From: an uncultured Candidatus Saccharibacteria bacterium
GTDB taxonomy: Bacteria; Patescibacteriota; Minisyncoccia; Phycocordibacterales; UBA1006
Assembly (NCBI GenBank): GCA_964415895.1
Contig: CAYQCC010000004.1
Coordinates: 243 to 64,242 of the forward strand
DNA length: 64,000 nt
Reading direction: 5' to 3'
Notes under the pieces: generated by a model
The model's input: only the letters and a program-made list of their open reading frames with translations
Database searches by the model: none
What the model was told of the DNA's origin: nothing
Part shown: one piece after another, positions 57,265-64,000 of the stretch
How the letters are laid out: the number at the start of each line of letters is the position of its first letter
How positions within the stretch are numbered: the stretch's first letter is position 1
Translations under genes and position numbers: made by a program

Positions 57265-59556
57265 ATGTTTGCACTCAAACCATTCCAAGAAAATGCCATC
57301 GGTCACCTCAAGGAGAAGTTTCTGACGCTGTGGAAACTCGGCGATCGCAATTTGAGCCTCACACTCAAATCCCCAACAGGATCTGGGAAGACGGTCATGA
57401 TGGCGCAATTCCTGCGAGACATCGTATCGGATCCGCGATTCCAAAATGCCGATGTCGGATTCTTGTGGATCACTAATTCGGATTCATTGGCTATGCAGTC
57501 AAAAGAAAAGCTGTTTTCGTATTATGGAGGAGCAAGTGAGAACACGTTGCTCGATCTGAATGATCTACGTGACGGCTATATTCCCAAGAACGGAGTATTC
57601 TTCATCAACTGGCAGAAATTGGTATCGCGAGCGCAGACCAACAGAAAACTTCGTGCGGAAGGCGAACTCAATACCACTTTTGACGAATATTTGGATGCCA
57701 CCCATGCACAAGGACGAGAGGTCGTCCTGATTATAGACGAGGAGCATATCGCCTCATCTACCGTTCTTGCAAATGACCTGATTCAAAACGTTATCAAGCC
57801 ACGAATCATCATCGGAGTTTCCGCTACCCCACAAACGGTCGGAGTCACCGTCGATGTTGATCGTGCCGATGTCGTTCGCGAAGGTCTCATCAAAGAGAAA
57901 ACTATCTTCCAAACCGAGGAAGATTTGGCACATCCCGAATTCAAGGGAATGGATCAGGACGATATTCTGCTTACCCTTGCATACAACAAGCGAGCCGAGC
58001 TTGCCAGTTACTATGCTGATCTTGGTATCGATATAAATCCCTTAGTGCTTATCCAGCTTCCAAATGACGACAAGTCTTCAGAGGGATCGAAGCAGGATCT
58101 GATTATCAACTTCCTCAAGTCAAAGGGAGTATTCGAGCACGAAATCGCAGTCTGGCTCTCAGAAGATAAAATAAATCTCGATGCAATCGAGAAAAATAAT
58201 TCGCCTGTTTCATTTTTGCTTTTCAAGCAAGCGGCGGCTACTGGTTGGGATTGTCCTCGCGCAAGTGTCCTGGTTATGTTCCGCGAAATTAAGAATCCGA
58301 CATTTGCAATCCAAACGGTAGGACGCATTCTGCGCATGCCACTTGGAACACATTTTCCAAAACCTGAATTGAATCTCGGTTATCTCTACACCAATTACAA
58401 GCGAAATGAAGTGATTATGGGATACTCAAAATCTACCGACCAGAACCGCCCTGCCATCTACGGGAGTTACCGCAAGCAGTCCATCGAACCGATCATGCTT
58501 GAATCCGTATTCATGAGCCGAACCGATTACAACGACCTTGGTGACAGTTTTCAAGACGAGTTCAAAAAGATTGCCGATGAGTATTTCTTGCTCAAGGGAA
58601 ACATTACCGCAAAAACCGTACGCAAGAATTTCTCTGACAAAGGACTTGATCCTGATACTGTCGTTACGAACGGACTCATCATAGGAGTGGAAATTGACGA
58701 TTACGACAACTTCAAACAGGAACTCCTTTCAGAAGGCAGTAGCCATGAGCAGGAAATGTCCCAGCACGATCTCGAGCGACTCTATAACCTCTTTTGCTTC
58801 AATCTGCTCGCAAAACAAACCGACGAGAATAAGAAGTTTGCGCCAGAGCGTTCATGGGGTAAACTCAAGACAGCCTTGAACGTTTGGCTACTGGGACATT
58901 TCGAAGAACCTCGACAAAAAATCTATTCGATTATTGTCGGAGACCTCTTAAAAACAAATAGCGTCCTCGCACCTCTTATCGGAAAATCTCTTGAATCATA
59001 TCGATCTATACGCGAACATGAGGTCAATCGAAAATCGGAACGCGCGAAGCGGACTGAAAAAATCGAAATCCCTCGGCAAAGCATTTTCTATACTGATCAA
59101 TATGAAGAGATGGATGTTAGGAAATCAGCTATGACTCCGTTTTATATTGAAAAGGATTACAAGGGTGACGATAACGAAAAGGAATTTATAAAGTTCCTTG
59201 AAGAAAGCAAGAACGTCACATGGTGGTACAAGAACGGCGATGCTGGTAGTGAATTCTTTTCGATATCCTATTTCAACCCAGACGAGAACAAGGAGAAGCT
59301 TTTCTATCCCGACTGGATATTCAAGGTAAAGGATACAGTTTGGATCGTTGATACAAAGAAAGGCTTTACGGCTGAATCTGCTGACACTAAATACAAATCC
59401 GAGGCACTCCAACAATGGCTCAAAGGTAAGAAAGAATTCACGGGCGGAATAGCAGTGCAAGATGGTCCGAACGGATGGAAGTTTAACCGCAATACTATCT
59501 ATTCTTACACGCCATCATTTACCAAATGGGATGATTTGAAGGATTTATTCGCATAA
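57265..59556 (+). CDS. res: Type III R-M restriction helicase/endonuclease (Res)
   Basis: SPTGSGKT, IIDEEH, SAT, GWDCPRA, QTVGRILR and a C-terminal FYPDW...VDTK. Confidence 0.9.
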   Translation: MFALKPFQENAIGHLKEKFLTLWKLGDRNLSLTLKSPTGSGKTVMMAQFLRDIVSDPRFQNADVGFLWITNSDSLAMQSKEKLFSYYGGASENTLLDLNDLRDGYIPKNGVFFINWQKLVSRAQTNRKLRAEGELNTTFDEYLDATHAQGREVVLIIDEEHIASSTVLANDLIQNVIKPRIIIGVSATPQTVGVTVDVDRADVVREGLIKEKTIFQTEEDLAHPEFKGMDQDDILLTLAYNKRAELASYYADLGIDINPLVLIQLPNDDKSSEGSKQDLIINFLKSKGVFEHEIAVWLSEDKINLDAIEKNNSPVSFLLFKQAAATGWDCPRASVLVMFREIKNPTFAIQTVGRILRMPLGTHFPKPELNLGYLYTNYKRNEVIMGYSKSTDQNRPAIYGSYRKQSIEPIMLESVFMSRTDYNDLGDSFQDEFKKIADEYFLLKGNITAKTVRKNFSDKGLDPDTVVTNGLIIGVEIDDYDNFKQELLSEGSSHEQEMSQHDLERLYNLFCFNLLAKQTDENKKFAPERSWGKLKTALNVWLLGHFEEPRQKIYSIIVGDLLKTNSVLAPLIGKSLESYRSIREHEVNRKSERAKRTEKIEIPRQSIFYTDQYEEMDVRKSAMTPFYIEKDYKGDDNEKEFIKFLEESKNVTWWYKNGDAGSEFFSISYFNPDENKEKLFYPDWIFKVKDTVWIVDTKKGFTAESADTKYKSEALQQWLKGKKEFTGGIAVQDGPNGWKFNRNTIYSYTPSFTKWDDLKDLFA

Positions 59557-59562
59557 AAAAAT

Positions 59563-61101
59563 ATGAGCACATTGATATCAAAAACAACTTTTATAGATTC
59601 ACGCAATTGTATTAAAAATACATGGCTCAAGCTCCACAAGGCAGAACTTTTGGTGAATTTTGAGCTATCTGAATTTGAAAAGCAGCTTATCGAGCAAGGA
59701 AACGAGGTGGAAGAATGCGCTCGCAAGCTTTTCCCTCTCGGCGTTGAGGTTACGAGCACGGGAGAGAATGCCTGCATTGAAACAATGCGATACATGGAGT
59801 CCAAAGTTCCTGCCATTTTTCAGGCAACATTTATTGCTGACGGATTCATTGCTCGAAACGACGTGCTGGTATATGACAAGAATAATGATTGCTGGGATTT
59901 GTACGAGATCAAGGGAACGAACTCTCTCAAGGAAGGGTCGGGCGACAGAAGCCATGTCGAGGATGTCGCTTTTCAAGCCGTTGTGCTCCGTCGCGCCAAC
60001 ATGAATCTCGGACGCTCGTTCTTGGTTCACCTGAATAAAGACTATGTGAGAGTTGGTGATCTCGATATCGAACAGTTGTTCATTATTGAAGATCTCACTG
60101 AAACAGTCGCGGAGAGGTTCGACGAGATAAGTATCCTGATGGACGGAGCAAGGGAGTTTCTTTCGCAGGAGAACGAACCTCCGTCTGGTTGCGATTGCCA
60201 CTATCTCGGCAGAAGCAGGCACTGCGCAACCTTCCCATATTCCCATCCTAAAATTCCTGAATATTCCGTTCATGACCTTTCGCGAATCGGCAGCAGCAAG
60301 AAAAAGCTTGAATTCTTTGCCGAAAATGAAATCTATCGTCTGGAGGATATTCCATATGATTTTGAATTATCGCCAATCCAGACAAACCAGCTTGAAGCTT
60401 ATCTCACGCAAAAGATAACGATCGATTACGAAGAGATTCATCAGCAGTTGAAAAACCTCAGGTTCCCTCTCTACTTTTTCGACTATGAAACATATGCGCC
60501 CGCCATACCGTCTTTCGCAAATTACAGCCCGTACAAGCGCATTCCGTTTCAATTCTCGCTTCACATTTTGAGAGATCCTATGGGAGAACTCGACCATGTC
60601 GAATTTCTCCATCCTACGCGCACCGATCCGTCTGAACTGGTTGCTAAATTACTCAACGAATACATCAAGCCCGAGGGAACGATCATCGCGTGGAACAAGT
60701 CGTTTGAAATCGGAGTCAACAATGAGATTGCACAACGGCTTCCAGAATATCGGGAGCTGCTCGAGAGAGTCAACGGTCAATTTTACGATCTCATGGAAGT
60801 TTTCTCAAAACAGCACTACATCCATCCCGATTTCCGCGGAAGCGCATCGATCAAGAAAGTGCTTCCTGTATTGGTGCCAGAACTTCAGTATAAGGATCTT
60901 GCCATTCACGAGGGAGGTCAGGCATCCGAGCAGTGGTGGTTCATGGTATCGCCGACGACTTCGGAGGAAAATTACGCCGAAGTTTCAAGAAACTTGAAGG
61001 AATACTGCAAGCTGGATACCTACGCCATGTATGCGATTTGGAAGCACTTGTATCAGATAACGGAATACTTATCTAAAATCAGCGAGGGAAATATTGGATG
61101 A
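59563..61101 (+). CDS. DUF2779 protein (PD-(D/E)xK-like plus RNase H-like domains)
   Basis: ISKT.F....C.K..WL, D.L...YEIK, YFFDYET, IPFQFS.H, SIKKVLP and YC.LDT.AM. Confidence 0.85.
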   Translation: MSTLISKTTFIDSRNCIKNTWLKLHKAELLVNFELSEFEKQLIEQGNEVEECARKLFPLGVEVTSTGENACIETMRYMESKVPAIFQATFIADGFIARNDVLVYDKNNDCWDLYEIKGTNSLKEGSGDRSHVEDVAFQAVVLRRANMNLGRSFLVHLNKDYVRVGDLDIEQLFIIEDLTETVAERFDEISILMDGAREFLSQENEPPSGCDCHYLGRSRHCATFPYSHPKIPEYSVHDLSRIGSSKKKLEFFAENEIYRLEDIPYDFELSPIQTNQLEAYLTQKITIDYEEIHQQLKNLRFPLYFFDYETYAPAIPSFANYSPYKRIPFQFSLHILRDPMGELDHVEFLHPTRTDPSELVAKLLNEYIKPEGTIIAWNKSFEIGVNNEIAQRLPEYRELLERVNGQFYDLMEVFSKQHYIHPDFRGSASIKKVLPVLVPELQYKDLAIHEGGQASEQWWFMVSPTTSEENYAEVSRNLKEYCKLDTYAMYAIWKHLYQITEYLSKISEGNIG

Positions 61102-61127
61102 AATGCCTCTATGTAAACCAGATTCAC

Positions 61128-62975
61128 TTAGTTAAAATCTTTCTTTAACACCTCCTCGAACTTTTCTACATATTTTTCTATTGCTTCCCTGTCTGGCTCA
61201 ATGCTTTCCTTGTCGATAAAATATTTCTGGTCGATTTTCAGGTCGGATTTACGCTTGCGCAACATGCCAGTGTTATTGTCTGGCACCTGACCCGTTAGTT
61301 TTCCTAGATGGTCATTATGCTCGTCAATATACGAAGCTATTACCCACAGCCATTTGTGCACCTTGTAGGAAAGATCTATCTCGTACACCGTGGACAGTTT
61401 TATGAACAATTCTTCAAATGCCTTTAGCTCCGCATATCCTTTTGCCAGACCAGCGCATTCTCTCAAAAAGATCTGCTCCATGAATTTGCTTTTGAAGATT
61501 AGGACCCTCTCGCCATTCTCCTCAGCTTCAGTGAAAAATACGGAGCTCTCCACGAGACGGCCCAACATTCGGGTGGCCATTCCAAACATGCTGAAGATAT
61601 TAAAATCACCAGCAGTGTTTTTGTCCGCAATAATTAACTCCTGATCCAAATGATCGCCTGCATGATCTGGATCGTCATCGGCGTATACGAGTCCAAGATT
61701 TGCATGATAGGTCTCTACGTTAGTCTTGAAATCGTCTATGAATTTCCAATCGCTCTTAAGAAGGTACAGGCTCTCGCCAGTAATCACCTTATCGCTGAAC
61801 GTTGCAAAAACAACTTTTTCTTCGGATTCGATTTTCTCTAATGATTGCGGATTAAATTCCATTCCCATAGTTTCAAGCGCAAGCTGTCCCTTTTTGAACT
61901 CGCTATCATACAGACGTTTGCTGTAAAGCAGGTCGTCCCTTGATTCGTCTGATGATCGGCCCCGTAGTTTCAATTCACCCTTATCTATCAAATCTTTAAG
62001 CATGGCCATTGCCGTGCTTTTTGAATTAATCCATCGTTCAAAGAGCTCCTTGCTTGTGCTGAAAACAAGAGGTGTATATTGCTCGAACAGATCCTCGTCA
62101 ATCCATTGTAGGCAAGATCCTTTCAATAATTCGCGTATCTCGGCATTGTGTTCCTTTGCGTAACCTTCCATCGCTTTCTGAATCTCATCGTGAGTAGTCT
62201 CATCTTCATTATCAGAGTCCTGATTCTGCGCCAATGATTTCCCTTCAATTGATATGCCGTGGCGAACCAGAAAACGGCGCGCCACTTCTGCCACGGGAAT
62301 GCAGGCAAAATAATGATAGAGCTGATACGATTTCGCAAATTCGTTATAGCTTCGGTCGGCAACCATCTCAGCCAGTGCTTCCTTTGCCTTCTGACTCAGT
62401 TCCCCTTTGCTATCGAGCAGATTTGCGATGACTTCTTCCTGATCCAAATACTGATGATCTAAATCTACTTCGCAATATAGTTCGCGAAGCTGTTCCTTGT
62501 CCTTCTCGCTTAAAAGTTCAAACGCCAACTGGTACACGGCATAATCGAAATCCAGTCCGTTTTTCAATTTAACGGCTTTTTGTTTTTCCGTGATCTGCAC
62601 AGCAGTTCCTATGTCCACCGATTTCGTTTCTTTCAGTCGCTTGATCAGCGTCCGCATTTCATTAAATTCTGGATATGAAAACAAATTGCACATGATGGGA
62701 TGTTTCCTGAGATGCGCGTTTTGCGTATTCAGAAATAGGGTTTGCATGTCGAGTGCTGCATACCCAACTATGTTCCATCCCTCCAAGAAGCGGTTATACT
62801 CCTTAACCTCATGATTATCTTTTGGTCTCCACTTCTCATGGATCGCGTTACGATCTGCATCGGTCAAGATGCCTTCACCCTTTTGTTCCTTTGCCACATC
62901 ATCATGCACCATAAACAAGACCCGTTCCTTGGGCGTTAGTTCATTGGTATTAAAAACTGAATTAAGATGTTTCAT
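61128..62975 (-). CDS. Hypothetical protein (615 aa)
   Basis: Long ORF whose start overlaps the stop of the upstream gene. No motif recognised. Confidence 0.7.
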   Translation of the reverse strand: MKHLNSVFNTNELTPKERVLFMVHDDVAKEQKGEGILTDADRNAIHEKWRPKDNHEVKEYNRFLEGWNIVGYAALDMQTLFLNTQNAHLRKHPIMCNLFSYPEFNEMRTLIKRLKETKSVDIGTAVQITEKQKAVKLKNGLDFDYAVYQLAFELLSEKDKEQLRELYCEVDLDHQYLDQEEVIANLLDSKGELSQKAKEALAEMVADRSYNEFAKSYQLYHYFACIPVAEVARRFLVRHGISIEGKSLAQNQDSDNEDETTHDEIQKAMEGYAKEHNAEIRELLKGSCLQWIDEDLFEQYTPLVFSTSKELFERWINSKSTAMAMLKDLIDKGELKLRGRSSDESRDDLLYSKRLYDSEFKKGQLALETMGMEFNPQSLEKIESEEKVVFATFSDKVITGESLYLLKSDWKFIDDFKTNVETYHANLGLVYADDDPDHAGDHLDQELIIADKNTAGDFNIFSMFGMATRMLGRLVESSVFFTEAEENGERVLIFKSKFMEQIFLRECAGLAKGYAELKAFEELFIKLSTVYEIDLSYKVHKWLWVIASYIDEHNDHLGKLTGQVPDNNTGMLRKRKSDLKIDQKYFIDKESIEPDREAIEKYVEKFEEVLKKDFN

Positions 62976-63205
62976 TTTATTTTTCTTTGCTTCAATACTT
63001 GTTCGATAAATTCGACCCGTTTCTTAAGCTCGACCGTTTCGATCGTTCTGGACATGGCCACTGCGAGACGAGAGACGACAAGTGCGTATCGGAGCGTAAC
63101 TCTCTTTGCTTCAACATCTCTGAATGTCTGGGAAAGAATGAGCGCAACTTCCTCGGGGCTCATATGGCTCTGTATAGGCAAGTTTTTTGAATCTAGGTAT
63201 TCCAT
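62972..63205 (-). CDS. Small hypothetical protein
   Basis: 77 aa with a C-terminal coiled coil and operon-like spacing. Confidence 0.6.
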   Translation of the reverse strand: MEYLDSKNLPIQSHMSPEEVALILSQTFRDVEAKRVTLRYALVVSRLAVAMSRTIETVELKKRVEFIEQVLKQRKIK

Positions 63206-63216
63206 ACGATTATTGG

Positions 63217-63591
63217 TTACATGCCTTCCACTAATTCAAGCCATGCTTTCACTTCTGCCGCCTTTCCATTTTTGCTTGCGGTGCGATACAGGGCAAAGAT
63301 AACATTCGGGGTAAGCTTGCGCGCCCATTCATGAATGCGAGAAAGTGTTCCCTCCTTTTCCAGTCGCTTGTTCCAGTCCGTGAGAGTGGCAGGGTCCTTG
63401 ATATCGAACCGTTCCGCAAATTGACGCTGGGTCTTTATCTCAAGCAGGCTGAGCGCTATGTCCTCGTCGACGCCGAATTTCTCGAGAACCTGCCGTGGCT
63501 GTCCGCGCAGAAAAGACGGCAATGCTTTCCACATCGCGTATGATTCGAATTCTTGAGTCTTGTAGACGCTTTGTTTTTTAGAGTCGTTCAT
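63217..63591 (-). CDS. HTH protein resembling a phage terminase small subunit
   Basis: TQ..FA..F.I....TL.DW and V..AL...A..G....VK.W. Confidence 0.55.
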   Translation of the reverse strand: MNDSKKQSVYKTQEFESYAMWKALPSFLRGQPRQVLEKFGVDEDIALSLLEIKTQRQFAERFDIKDPATLTDWNKRLEKEGTLSRIHEWARKLTPNVIFALYRTASKNGKAAEVKAWLELVEGM

Positions 63592-64000
63592 AATATTTTT
63601 TCAGCTTTCTTTCTGGTAAGTTTTTCGAGACGCGCGATCGCAGTTGCGACGTATTCCGGATCAAGCTCAATACCTATACACCGTCGACCGAGGTGCTCAC
63701 AGGCGATTGCCGTGCTTCCACTTCCAAGGAACGGGTCATAGACATATTCGTTGACCTTGGTTGAATTGGGAATTATTTTTCTCAGCAGTCCGACTGGCTT
63801 TTGGGTCGGATGGAGTTTCGATGACGAAGGCTTCGGGTGGATGATCACGCTTTTTGCCTTGGATCGTTCCATCTTGTGTTTTCCGAACCAACCGTAAGCT
63901 ATGAGCTCAAACATCATCAAGTAATCCTTCCGATTCATCACCACCTGGTTCTTGAACCAGATGATCATCTGGCTGTAATAGAAGCCTGCCTCTTTCATGC
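63588..64000 (-). CDS. DNA methyltransferase (N4/N6 type), 5' end outside the window
   Basis: HPTQKPVGL, DPFLGSGST and GIELDP.Y. Confidence 0.9.
   Translation of the reverse strand, partial: MKEAGFYYSQMIIWFKNQVVMNRKDYLMMFELIAYGWFGKHKMERSKAKSVIIHPKPSSSKLHPTQKPVGLLRKIIPNSTKVNEYVYDPFLGSGSTAIACEHLGRRCIGIELDPEYVATAIARLEKLTRKKAEKIL

Noticed and set aside
59665-60273. Long antisense ORFs inside DUF2779 and other genes
   Set aside because: These are shadow frames of well-supported genes in GC-richer DNA and carry no motifs.
1-64000. CRISPR array, rRNA or alternative genetic code
   Set aside because: No regularly spaced repeats or rRNA-like sequence were seen. Conserved genes are intact under code 11, and TGA serves as a stop.

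Overview
The window looks like a chromosome segment of a Patescibacteria (CPR) bacterium, probably Parcubacteria, using genetic code 11. Two housekeeping blocks (about 1-29.3 kb and 40.4-46.5 kb) hold recO, folD, T-box-regulated ileS, argS, glyA-thyA-dcd-folA, secE-nusG-rplK with no adjacent rplA, rarA, msrA, rplS and tRNAs for His, Pro, Leu and Arg. Accessory region 1 is an AT-rich island of about 11 kb (29399-40402) at the 3' end of tRNA-Pro, with Bacteroidota-like cargo. Its large serine recombinase gene appears to be split by the att site, so the excised form would encode a different, longer C-terminus. Accessory region 2 follows tRNA-Arg (46.5 kb to the window end). It carries a HEPN-like gene, a second serine recombinase, an IS256 element, an inverted degenerate tRNA-Arg, a complete diversity-generating retroelement (DGR), a type III R-M system behind a pseudoknot-like leader RNA, DUF2779 and phage-like genes. 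The DGR is the main highlight. avd lies antisense to RT and overlaps it head-to-head. A C11 homopolymer puts avd out of frame with its likely ATG, which could be a phase-variable mutagenesis switch or a sequencing error. TR appears to be a stand-alone ncRNA, and VR has one more codon than TR. All calls were made by eye from motifs; no database searches were run.
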